Part shown: one piece after another, positions 53,015 through 64,000 of the stretch
Numbering within the stretch: the first letter of the stretch is position 1
Layout: each line of letters opens with the position of its first letter
Source: Eledone cirrhosa
Taxonomy: Eukaryota
DNA: 64,000 nt
Reading direction: 5' to 3'
Assembly (NCBI GenBank): GCA_964016885.1
Contig: OZ024740.1
Coordinates: 78,244,001-78,308,000, forward strand
Program-made: the position numbers and the translations under genes
Notes under the pieces: generated by a model
The model's input: only the letters and a program-made list of their open reading frames with translations
Databases searched by the model: none
Told to the model about the DNA's origin: nothing

Positions 53015-53201
53015 TTGTTTCTACTTTTGGCACAAGGCCAGCAATTTCCCAGTGCATTACTAGTGCTTTATTTCATCGACCCCGTAAGGATGAAAGGCAA
53101 AGTTAACCTCGGCGGGATTTGAACTCAGAATGGCAAGGGCCATAACTCTATACTGCAAAACATGGCGTCCGACCCTCTACCGATACTGCCAATTTACCGC
53201 C
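53015..53201 (-). mobile_element. SINE family B
   Basis: Family homology. TSD TTTTATATAAT. Confidence 0.85.
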
Positions 53202-53789
53202 CTTTTTATATAATAAGCTTTCAATTCTGTTCCAAACACGAGCCTAATAATGAAAAAAGTATATTACTAAATTCCTCCAATTCTTGAATATTTTCAAAAT
53301 TACCGTATATACTTGACCCCATTTACAATTGTTTTTGTTTTTTTTTATCACATACTTCTCAACTTATATACGAGTATACACAGTATCTTGTTAGTAAATT
53401 AAATATATATCATCATCTTACTTTCACTTTCCACATTGGCATATGTTAGATGGTTTCAGACCAAAACATTTGGATCGACCTGTCTTGTTCATATATTCCA
53501 TATTTGGCAAGGTTTCTATGACTGTGCTCTTCCTTATATTAACCTTCTTACATGGTGTACAGGGAGCATTGTTTTCATGGCACCAATGCTAACACTTCTT
53601 TGGGTGGACCAGGTGCATTTTATCGTGACACCAACACTATAGAGAGACGTTGTAGCATGCTCATCCAGAGAGAAGGGTTCTCTAAAACTCTATAGTTTCT
53701 GATCACCAAAATTGTAGCCTCCAGACATTCACTACATTTACATTTTGTATTGTAATATATTTGCTAGTCAGCTCAGTTCTGTGTCATCA

Positions 53790-54290
53790 CATTCATGAGG
53801 TCCAGTTTCATGGGGCCTTTCTTTACAACTTCCTCCCATGGATTCCAGCTACTTCAAGCACTCGGTACTTTTTAATACAACACTTGCTTTCTTAGCATAT
53901 TACATGACCATACCAATGCAATCATCTCTCTTGCACACTACATTCAATTCCCTTTATACCCAGTTTTTCTCTCCTCTCACTTGTGCTCCGTCCTTCACAT
54001 ACACTAAATATTACACATTCAGATAGCATACATGCTTCTTTCTTTTAACCACCATAGATCTTCTACACTGAGGGCCAACGTCTCGTTGCCATGCAACACA
54101 GCAATTCAAACACAAGTATCATAATTTGCCCTTCACTCTGAGAAAGAAGCCTTTTGTTGACAGCAGAAGTAACAGCTCTCTGAACTTTTTCAACCTTATT
54201 CTCACACTGGCTATGACGCTTTTGGTACACCTACCTCCACTGCTAATGAGGTCATGTAGATAATGAATGCTTTATACTATATCTGATGAC
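53790..54290 (-). mobile_element. Decayed RTE-like LINE fragment (post-RT region)
   Basis: Reverse-strand translation has YLHDLISSGG..KKFRELL..VKGKL..VLHGNETLAL, with stops and frameshifts. Confidence 0.65.
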
Positions 54291-54849
54291 CCTTCTGAAA
54301 ATTTAAGGGAGTTTATTTCAAGAGTGCCTTTACTGATATACTGACAAACAAAGGGCCAAGAGGACTCTTTCGCTGTACAAAGAGATCACGACTTCTCTAG
54401 TGCTGGTGCCACAATAAAATGCACTCTGCCGAGTGTGGTAATGTATGCAAGATTCGGTTAAAGGGAAGATTCTTTAGGAGCACCATGAGAAATGTTCCGT
54501 TCAATTTCTATTTCAGTAATGGATAGGTTTTAAGGGTGCCAAATAACTTTTGCTTTAGCTTTCACATCAGGTGTGGAGGTGCATGGCCTGATGATAAGGG
54601 TGTTGGACTTACGATCATATTGTGGTTTCTGGGCTGGGTTTTCATGCTGCTCCAGTATACTCAACTGATATGAGTACCAGCAACAGCTAGAGGTTCATCT
54701 CTGCTATGGACTGGCGTCCTGTTCAGGAGGCTGTCTTGTACTCTCAGTCGCTTCATGCCAGAAAAAGGCAGGAGTGACTCTCTGATCTCCTAGCTATGCA
54801 CTCTATCGAGTAAGGTTAATCCAAAGACCCTTCAAAGGAACCCCATTTT

Positions 54850-55140
54850 GGCCGCATGGCTGGAATGAAAATCAGTGCTGCGAAAACTAAGACACTCGTC
54901 CTCGCAAAGAAGCCTGCACCATGCATTCTATATGTGAATGGACTTCCACTGAAGCAGGTAGAAAAGTTCAAGTATCAATGGGCTGTGTTTACGAGTGATG
55001 GAAGGCAGGGGGCTGAATTAAGTGTAAGAATTGCAGGAGTTAGTGCAGTAATACGCCAGCTTCAACATTCAGTAATTAGAAGAAGGGACGTTGGCGTAAA
55101 ACCCAAACTCGCTAGTCAATTCGGTATTCGTCCAACCATT
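54850..55140 (+). mobile_element. RTE-like LINE RT fragment
   Basis: GMKISAAKTKTLV..LKQVEKFKY..FTSDG..RIA (RT thumb region). Confidence 0.7.
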
Positions 55141-55437
55141 ATATATATATATGTAATCTTACCTATTGAGTACGCTGAGATGCAACCGGTACTAGCAGGG
55201 AAACTTATGCTAGTCCAGTCGACTTATATATATTTATATATATATACATATATATATATAGAGAGAGGGGGGGGGGGGTAGAATCGAAGTCAGTGTTGCA
55301 GCATATTTACAAACTCTATTGGCATATTACAATTGTTTCCATATCGATCATCAAAATAACGAGGCCTGACTCATCAACACTTCCGCAAATATACGAGTTT
55401 ATATGAGCAAATACACCTGTAACTTTACACAAACAAA

Positions 55438-55477
<40 letters not shown>

Positions 55478-55483
<6 letters not shown>

Positions 55484-57473
55484 GTAATAAAATATAGAGA
55501 AAAATACTGCAGGTAGCACATGGATAACATGTAATAAAATGAGTCCCTCATCAGTGATTTGCCGACGATCATCGATATTTCATTGCATTAAAAATCATAT
55601 ACCTCACGTCGGTGCAATAATAACCAAAATAAGTTATTAGGACAATTGAAACGCGTAAAGCGAGTGAGACAGGAGAACAACACAGAGTATAGCTAACCGT
55701 AGGGGAAAGAAACAAGCTTCAAAATTATTCTGTTTAGCATAAGCTAGGTGAATATATGAGCTTTTAGAAAACAGACCTGACACGAACTCTGGCCATGTGA
55801 GAAGAGAGAAAAATAGCCTTCGTGGTGTACAGGATGAAATGAAGAGAAGAGAAACAGTGAGTGAGTGAAAGTGTGAGGAAGAGTTAACTGACATGACAGA
55901 GGGGGAGAAACAGAGAGACTGGGGGGAACAGTAAGAGAGAGAGAGAAAAAAACAGAATCGCAGTGGTAAATATATGTAATAAAATATAGAGAAAAATACT
56001 GCAGGTAGCACATGGATAACATGTAATAAAATGAGTCCCTCATCAGTGATTTGCCGACGATCATCGATATTTCATTGCATTAAAAATCATATACCTCACG
56101 TCGGTGCAATAATAACCAAAATAAGTTATTAGGACAATTGAAACGCGTAAAGCGAGTGAGACAGGAGAACAACACAGAGTATAGCTAACCGTAGGGGAAA
56201 GAAACAAGCTTCAAAATTATTCTGTTTAGCATAAGCTAGGTGAATATATGAGCTTTTAGAAAACAGACCTGACACGAACTCTGGCCATGTGAGAAGAGAG
56301 AAAAATAGCCTTCGTGGTGTACAGGATGAAATGAAGAGAAGAGAAACAGTGAGTGAGTGAAAGTGTGAGGAAGAGTTAACTGACATGACAGAGGGGGAGA
56401 AACAGAGAGACTGGGGGGAACAGTAAGAGAGAGAGAGAAAAAAACAGAATCGCAGTGGTAAATATATGTAATAAAATATAGAGAAAAATACTGCAGGTAG
56501 CACATGGATAACATGTAATAAAATGAGTCCCTCATCAGTGATTTGCCGACGATCATCGATATTTCATTGCATTAAAAATCATATACCTCACGTCGGTGCA
56601 ATAATAACCAAAATAAGTTATTAGGACAATTGAAACGCGTAAAGCGAGTGAGACAGGAGAACAACACAGAGTATAGCTAACCGTAGGGGAAAGAAACAAG
56701 CTTCAAAATTATTCTGTTTAGCATAAGCTAGGTGAATATATGAGCTTTTAGAAAACAGACCTGACACGAACTCTGGCCATGTGAGAAGAGAGAAAAATAG
56801 CCTTCGTGGTGTACAGGATGAAATGAAGAGAAGAGAAACAGTGAGTGAGTGAAAGTGTGAGGAAGAGTTAACTGACATGACAGAGGGGGAGAAACAGAGA
56901 GACTGGGGGGAACAGTAAGAGAGAGAGAGAAAAAAACAGAATCGCAGTGGTAAATATATGTAATAAAATATAGAGAAAAATACTGCAGGTAGCACATGGA
57001 TAACATGTAATAAAATGAGTCCCTCATCAGTGATTTGCCGACGATCATCGATATTTCATTGCATTAAAAATCATATACCTCACGTCGGTGCAATAATAAC
57101 CAAAATAAGTTATTAGGACAATTGAAACGCGTAAAGCGAGTGAGACAGGAGAACAACACAGAGTATAGCTAACCGTAGGGGAAAGAAACAAGCTTCAAAA
57201 TTATTCTGTTTAGCATAAGCTAGGTGAATATATGAGCTTTTAGAAAACAGACCTGACACGAACTCTGGCCATGTGAGAAGAGAGAAAAATAGCCTTCGTG
57301 GTGTACAGGATGAAATGAAGAGAAGAGAAACAGTGAGTGAGTGAAAGTGTGAGGAAGAGTTAACTGACATGACAGAGGGGGAGAAACAGAGAGACTGGGG
57401 GAGCAGTAAGAGAGAGAGAGAAAAAAACACAGAATCGCAGTGGTAAATATATGTAATAAAATATAGAGAAAAA

Positions 57474-57477
<4 letters not shown>
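55478..57477 (-). repeat. Tandem array of 4 x 492-bp units plus ~30 bp, flanked by (TA)n
   Basis: Identical ORF-track entries at 492-bp spacing. The last unit is slightly divergent. A diverged inverted homolog lies at about 58640-58840. Confidence 0.95.
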
Positions 57478-57514
<37 letters not shown>

Positions 57515-58834
57515 AAAAGAGAGAGAAAGAACGGTCTCCCGCACAGTTTCGTCGGGAATCGAATTCAAAACCTCAAGATCGTGAACCGAACACCCTAACC
57601 ACTAAGCAACACACATATAGATTCAGATGTTAACTTTTTTTTATTCATTTTATATTGATGTACAAAATTACCATCAACACTTTCCTGAGTGTAGTTTCTC
57701 ACAGCATTCATATAACATCTTTGTTGTTACAATACTCAGACACACATACACACTCACACACACAATCACACATACACACACTCACACACATATTCACTCA
57801 CTAATAACACACACATGCAAACACATATATTCACACACATCCCACACTAAGAATCACACATATACATACACTAACAAAACACACACACACATATATATAT
57901 ATACATGTTCACATACTTACACGCACACACATATTCACACATACACACACACATATATATGCATACATATTCATGCACTTAGATACACATATTCCCATGC
58001 AGCTGTATATATAAGACTACAGTTATGTCGTGTCTTTTATGAACAAATTGAAGCACAGATAAATACCAAACCTGTTAACTTGTGACACGACGACGGCCAC
58101 CACCTCCACCATCTCCACCAGCACCACCACCAGCACCACCAGCACCACCACCACCAGCACCAGCACTACCAACACCACCACTAGCAGCAGCACCACCACC
58201 ACCACCTCCACCACCACCAGGACAATGACGACGACCACAACCACCACCACCACCAACAACAACAATTTGTACAGTTTTTCTCACAAGACATACATTTCTG
58301 CTATTGGCTTTGTTCTACTTGTTGTCATGTTTTTTTTGTCCACAATAATAAATCCCCCCCCCCCCCGCCGCTCCCCGCCATCCTCTCTCACCCATTAATT
58401 TAACGTTTTGTGAAAAAACTTCCTTTTACAGGAACCTATTAAAAGAAAAATGTTTTATGTATATGTATATATATATATTGTTATGCTTTTTGGCTTGTGT
58501 GGTTCTCTTCTTGCTCACATTTCACACACATCGACACGGTCTGTACCTCTCTCGCTCATGAAATCCACCCAGATTATGCTGACGGACAACCATGTTGCTT
58601 GTTTATTATCCTATCTTCGGTTTGCTTTTATCCTTCTATGTTGTTTACTTGTCCCCTTCGCTTTACGCGAATTACTGGTCCCAATAACATGTTTTAGTTA
58701 TTGCTCGCACCAACCTGAGGTATCTGATTTTTAATGCGATGAAATACCAATGATGGTTGGAAAATCACTGACGAAGGACTATTTTTATCATATGTAACCC
58801 ATGTGCAAACCACGCAGTATTCTTCTTTCTTCTC

Positions 58835-58939
<105 letters not shown>

Positions 58940-59218
58940 TTATTAAAATAACAGATTAAAGTTTAAGCAAAGAATCGCTGCTTTCAACGGGATCTTCTGA
59001 AACTAACAAAGTCAATCAGTAAACGCAGACCTGGATATTTCAAAAAACGTTGCAACCGGAGGAAGACAGGAAGACGATACTTTGGTTCGTGGAAACGTTC
59101 GCTGGCAAAGAACGGGAAAGAACGAATAATACGTCATTAATAGGAGCGGTGAAAAACAATTACGCGCAAAGACAGAACCACGTTTATGGTATAAAAGAGG
59201 TCATAGACTAATGTTCTC

Positions 59219-60784
59219 TTCAACCCCTCTATTCGGCTTATTAACCCTACGAAGTCCGATTTAGGTAGACTTAGTAAAACGATTCTTGATAGAATTATAC
59301 CTGAAATTAGAAGTTTGGCCCCTCTTGCACTGTGGAACAATTCTTTCGCGGTGATTGATTGGTTCAACGGCATATGTAACAAGGAACATTGCCGCTTTAT
59401 CCAATTCGACATCAACAATTACTACTCCTCCATCACTTTACCACTTCTCCTTAGAGCTATCAATTTCGCTAAAACACTCACAGTGGTTAAAGATTTCGAA
59501 GTTGATGTCATCCTCAATGCCCGAAAGTCGGTGATTAATTTCGACGACTCTATTTGGATTAAAAAATCCAATAGTACCCCATTCGACGTGAGTATGGGTG
59601 CCAGTGACTCTGCGGAGGTTACTGATCTTATTGGCCTTTTCCTTCTTTTCTCTATCAAGGACGAATCTCCCAACGCGGGCGGTGGTTTGTACCGTGACGA
59701 TGGTCTTTTGACCATGACTAAGTGCGGACCTCGTGCTTGCGACAGGCTCAGAAAAGAACTCACAGCCTTCTTTAAAGGCTTCAACCTCTCTATACAGGTT
59801 GAAGCCAATCTCTCGGTCGTTAATTACCTCGACGTTACCCTCAATTTATTGAATGGGTTGTATTATCCGTATAGAAAACCGAATGATACGCTTAATTACA
59901 TAAGTAAGCATTCCAACCATCCTGCCAGCATAACCAAGAACCTGGTAAGAAACGTTTCGTTGAGGCTTTCCCATCTTTCCACCAACGAGCATATTTTCAA
60001 CGACCATTCCACTTATTTCAATGAAGCTCTTGCTCGAAGTGGATTTGTCGATAAGGTAGCATATACAGAGTACGAAAATAGACCTAGAAGTAATAGATCC
60101 CGTCGCATTTGTTGGTATAACCCACCATATAATATGGAGGTGGCCACACCTTTAGCTAAGATCTTTCTTTCCCTTATTACGAAGCATTTTCTCCCTACAC
60201 ATAAATATAGTAAAATTTTTAATAGAAATACTATTAAAATTTCTTATTCTACGACTCCTAACCTTGCACATAACATCACAGCTTCAAATTTAGCTAAACT
60301 ACCTAGCCGTAGGAACACGTGCAACCCAGTAGTTAGTACTAACTGTAATTGTAGGAATCGGGCTGATTGGCCCCTATCCGGGAAATGCCTCTCTAGTAAC
60401 ATTGTCTACAAATGTAAGGTTGTAACACCCACGTCCCGTAGGGCCTACATAGGGTTAACCGCCAATAGTTTCAAGCAGCGTCTTTACATGCATACCCATT
60501 CTTTTCGTTACCCTCTAAGAAGGAATATGACGTCACTTTCAGCTTATATCTGGAGTCTAAAAGACAACCACACCCAATATAAGTTACACTGGGAGATCCT
60601 AGCTAGGGCTAGATCGTATAACGGAAATAAAAGACCATGTGACCTCTGTGCCGCTGAGACCCGGGAAATACTCTACGCCACAGACCACATCTTAAACAAA
60701 AAATCTGAGGCAATTTCGGCTTGTAAACATAAATTGCACAAAACTTTCCTGTATTACAGCCCCACGTTATACCCTAACGGATAG
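59219..60784 (+). CDS. PLE reverse transcriptase / GIY-YIG endonuclease ORF (N-terminally truncated, no ATG)
   Basis: Motifs RLINPTKSDLGRLSK, FIQFDINNYYSSI, MGASDSAEV, LYRDDGL, NYLDVTL, YRKP, SNHP, WYNPPY, CNCR, IVYKC..YIGLT..FKQR, CDLC..E, LNKKSE. The frame stays open back to the pLTR junction. Confidence 0.92.
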   Translation, partial: FNPSIRLINPTKSDLGRLSKTILDRIIPEIRSLAPLALWNNSFAVIDWFNGICNKEHCRFIQFDINNYYSSITLPLLLRAINFAKTLTVVKDFEVDVILNARKSVINFDDSIWIKKSNSTPFDVSMGASDSAEVTDLIGLFLLFSIKDESPNAGGGLYRDDGLLTMTKCGPRACDRLRKELTAFFKGFNLSIQVEANLSVVNYLDVTLNLLNGLYYPYRKPNDTLNYISKHSNHPASITKNLVRNVSLRLSHLSTNEHIFNDHSTYFNEALARSGFVDKVAYTEYENRPRSNRSRRICWYNPPYNMEVATPLAKIFLSLITKHFLPTHKYSKIFNRNTIKISYSTTPNLAHNITASNLAKLPSRRNTCNPVVSTNCNCRNRADWPLSGKCLSSNIVYKCKVVTPTSRRAYIGLTANSFKQRLYMHTHSFRYPLRRNMTSLSAYIWSLKDNHTQYKLHWEILARARSYNGNKRPCDLCAAETREILYATDHILNKKSEAISACKHKLHKTFLYYSPTLYPNG

Positions 60785-61711
60785 TACGATCTATACGTGG
60801 ATATTTTACGTCTTGATGTGGGAGCTAAGTATATGTTTTGTTTATTCCTTTACTTATTTGCATAGGTAAGTATATATTACCCGTATGTTTTGTGAAGGTA
60901 CATATACCTTCTCGTACGTATATTTGATTGTTATGGCGTATAATTTTATATATTCCGGTACATATGGTTTGGCTATGTGTATACGGGAGTTTTGCGTCTG
61001 TGTGAGTATGCAGGTTCGTACGTATTGTGGGTGTGTGTATATGCGTACTTCATGTTTTAGTTGACTTACGTCTCCGAACATTCGTGTATTTATATGTGGG
61101 TATGTGTGTGCGCTTGTTATATACGTATTTATTTATTTATATACGTTTATATAATTATTTATTTATTTGTATACACGCATACACACACACACATATTTAT
61201 ATGGGCGTGGTTTTGTATACCTATGGTAAGTTTTTGCGTATGCTTGTGTATGTACGTATTTGTTTACGTGTATGTATTTATTTATTTCTATTACTTCTGT
61301 ATTGTATTTATTTACTTTGTTCTTAACTCTGTAGCGGAGATTCATTTGGTCTCCTAGTTAGAATTTTAGTCTACGACTTCTGCTATGCCATTTACGTGGT
61401 TGTGTCTTTGCGTGCTATTGTTCTCCACGCTCCACATATGACGTATTATCTTCGTTTTTTCGTTCATTGCCAGAGAACGTCTCTATGCACCACCTAAGAG
61501 AACATTAGTCTATGACCTCTTTTATACCATAAACGTGGTTCTGTCTTTGCGCGTAATTGTTTTTCACCGCTCCTATTTATGACGTATTATTCGTTCTTTC
61601 CCATTCTTTGCCAGCGAACGTTTCCACGAACCAAAGTATCGTCTTCCTGTCTTCCTCCGGTTGCAACGTTTTTTGAAATATCCAGCTCTGCGTTTACAGA
61701 TTGACTTTGTT

Positions 61712-61762
61712 AGTTTCAGAAGATCCCGTTAAGGGTGAAAGCAGCGATTCTTTGCTTAAACT
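61712..61762 (+). ncRNA. Hammerhead-ribozyme-like motif in the PLE pLTR (variant core CAGAAGA)
   Basis: Stem I AGTTT/AAACT, stem II CCC-GTTAA-GGG, GAAA, stem III AGCAG/TTGCT, predicted cleavage after 61757. Hammerheads in PLE pLTRs are established. Confidence 0.65.
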
Positions 61763-61869
61763 TTAATCTGTTATTTTAATAAGTATTTGCTCTATGGTAC
61801 TTATATATTTGATATATATTTATCCTTATCGAGCCCTCTTTGGATTTTAGTCTTCAAATTTATTATTAT

Positions 61870-61937
<68 letters not shown>

Positions 61938-61981
61938 GTTCACTAAAATATGTTACCAAACACTTATTCACATCGTAATTT

Positions 61982-62021
61982 GATTTACAATTGTTTCATC
62001 CTCGTGGGACTTATCAGAATC
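61982..62021 (-). ncRNA. Minimal type-I hammerhead-like motif (G8A)
   Basis: Reverse complement GATT-CTGATAA-GTCC-CACGA-GGAT-GAAA-CAATTG-TA-AATC. All three stems pair. Confidence 0.6.
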
Positions 62022-62176
62022 GATTAAAGTTTATTATAACAAATTACCGTATTTTGAGCTGATATAAATTTTTTCACCTACACCTTTCCAGTTTTTATAT
62101 TATCCACTCTACTACCCAAAGTATCGAGTACTCTGGTGCATTATGGTCCACCTGGTTCCTTACCACACTTCCTTCG

Positions 62177-62239
<63 letters not shown>

Positions 62240-62333
62240 ACCAGATTAATATGGTTCGTTGATTAATCAACGAATACAGTTTTACAATAGATTAGAAGCA
62301 CTCGACAGTAGATTTTCTTGGACTATTTAATAT

Positions 62334-62605
62334 TATTCAAAATGTTAATAAATGAAAAATATTCTCATAATCAAAATATATATTTTATTATACATATTTC
62401 AAAGGTACAATGGTGTTTAAGTACGTTTTCATCAGACTGCCAATACTGGAATTGAATAATCAAAACCGTAGCGGTATGTCACATATCAAATCTTATATTT
62501 TGTCTGATGAAAACGTACTTAAACACCATTGTACCTTTGAAATATGTATAATAAAATATATATTTTGATTATGAGAGTATTTTTCATTTATTAACATTTT
62601 GAATA
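62334..62605. repeat. Fold-back element, 104-bp arms, 64-nt spacer
   Basis: 62334-62437 vs 62502-62605, one mismatch seen. A diverged single-arm relative lies at about 8684-8870. Confidence 0.9.
62494..62560 (+). ncRNA. Type-I hammerhead-like motif inside a fold-back element
   Basis: TATATTTTGT-CTGATGA-AAACGTAC..GTACCTTT-GAAA-TATGTA-TA-ATAAAATATA, with a 10-bp stem I. Confidence 0.65.
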
Positions 62606-62660
62606 TAATATATATAACAGAAAAAAGAGAATCAGTGTTGCGACGAAAGGAATTTATTGG

Positions 62661-62754
62661 ACATATTACAAATGTTTCTCGGGCGACCAGCTCGAGGCAC
62701 GATCGATATGGTGATCACACCTGACTCTGATATCAACACGGTCATCAGATACGT
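62661..62754 (-). ncRNA. Hammerhead-like motif with extended stem II
   Basis: Reverse complement ACGTAT-CTGATGA-(~63 nt)-GAAA-CATTTG-TA-ATATGT. A decayed relative lies at about 55290-55396. Confidence 0.45.
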
Positions 62755-63098
62755 CTCGATTCTACGAAGTAGATTTTCCTATAGTCCTTTAATATCAAAT
62801 TTCTTTGTTAGTTGATTTAAATCCTGTTGTTGTCATTCCATGAGTGGTCAAGAAATTGTACACGCCACCGGTATTTCTAGCCACTCATGGTTGCCCACTT
62901 CTTGCTTCCTCTCGTGCTCCACCTATCAATCAAAATTTCTTCATGTATCAGAATTACTACTGTGGTGGGAAAGGGGCTGTAATCTTGAACGGCTGGCATC
63001 ACTTCGACGTCCTCAATGCCCCTAGGCGCCTTAGTCTACATCGGTCAGGTACACACCCGCAATTATGCTGTATGCGGCATTCATCATAAATAAATAAT

Positions 63099-63287
63099 TG
63101 TTTCTACTTTTTGGCACAAGGCCAGCAATTACCCAGTGCATTACTGGTACTTTATTTTATCGACCCCGTAAGGATGAAAGGCAAAGTTAACCTCGGCGGG
63201 ATTCGAACTCAGAATAGCAAGGACCGTAACTCTGTGCGTCAAAGCATAGCGTCCGACCCTCTACCGATACTGCCAATCCACCGCCCA
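63099..63287 (-). mobile_element. SINE family B
   Basis: Family homology. TSD TCATCATAAATAAATAAT (63081-63098 / 63288-63305). Confidence 0.88.
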
Positions 63288-63744
63288 TCATCATAAATAA
63301 ATAATGTTTTGAGGGAATTTAAAACAAACAAAAAAACATGGGAATATTTAGCGTAACATTAGTAGGACACAGCCTGAGGATACACTCCGCCATACATATT
63401 TCAAAAAGAAAAGGAAAAAGAAAAAGAAAGAACCTGTAGCAAGAACGTTTTTAAAAAGAAAGCTTTCAACAGCCATTCAAACGGAAGGGCTATATCAAGG
63501 TGTTTTCAACAAATAGACCCAATTCTACACTCACACACTGGACTCTTAACTTTTGTGCTTACTCTGGATAGAAATATATCAATTCCTCACTCATTGAGTG
63601 CTTAGTGACTGCCTCTTATAATTCGATAGACATCCGCTATAGTGCAGCTGCAACTTCTGTTATACCCATTATATATATATATATATATATATATAGTGAA
63701 AGAGTGAAAAAGAACATGGTCGGCTGTACAAAAAGGGTTTTATA

Positions 63745-63779
<35 letters not shown>

Positions 63780-64000
63780 GGCAAATATATATATATATTT
63801 ATATATACACAGTTCAAGAGTAACCAATCTTAAAGAGAGAGATGGAGATAGGAGAGGAGAAGAGAGCTTGGTGAATTAGTTAGAAACCAAAGCGTAAAGG
63901 CATGTGCTCAATGTGCAATATGCAGTGGAAGGCAGCTAGGTGGCTGGGTTCATGCAGAGGTTAGATGCACAGAGCTGGAAATATTCATTAGTTAAGCAAA

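Larger units (their letters stand above)
58940..61872 (+). mobile_element. Penelope-like retroelement (PLE), 5'-truncated, with inverted 5' pLTR, inserted in (TA)n
   Basis: RT + GIY-YIG ORF. 58940-59220 is the reverse complement of 61496-61782. About 90 nt of 3' extension. (TA)n on both sides. Confidence 0.93.

Noticed and set aside
55637-57430. Repeated 105-124 aa minus-strand ORFs
   Set aside because: Low-complexity F/S/L-rich translations of the tandem unit with no recognisable domain.
59422-59808. 128-aa antisense ORF
   Set aside because: Shadow of the PLE RT coding frame.
58940-61782. DNA transposon with 280-bp TIRs
   Set aside because: The enclosed ORF is RT + GIY-YIG, not a transposase. 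The inverted repeats are PLE pLTRs.

Overview
AT-rich, microsatellite-dense eukaryotic DNA. The SINE families and (TA)/(CA) load suggest a cephalopod, probably Octopus (inference). There is one protein-coding host gene on +: an ETS1/ETS2/pointed-type transcription factor. Seven coding exons are traced from 17945 to 38557 (MAPK PLTP site, PNT/SAM domain, ETS domain). Every intron is phase 1, there is a candidate extra cassette exon, and the start exon was not found. Other features are a 5'-truncated Penelope-like retroelement (RT + GIY-YIG) with an inverted pLTR, a 4.2-kb 57-bp satellite, a 4x492-bp tandem array, a decayed U6 snRNA copy, two tRNA-derived SINE families, RTE LINE fragments and several MITEs. 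The most notable hidden layer is about 10 type-I hammerhead-ribozyme-like folds from several unrelated repeat families. Several sit in long fold-back palindromes, one lies in sense orientation in the probable ETS 3' UTR, and one is in each unit of the 492-bp array. All folds were done by eye and no activity is demonstrated.
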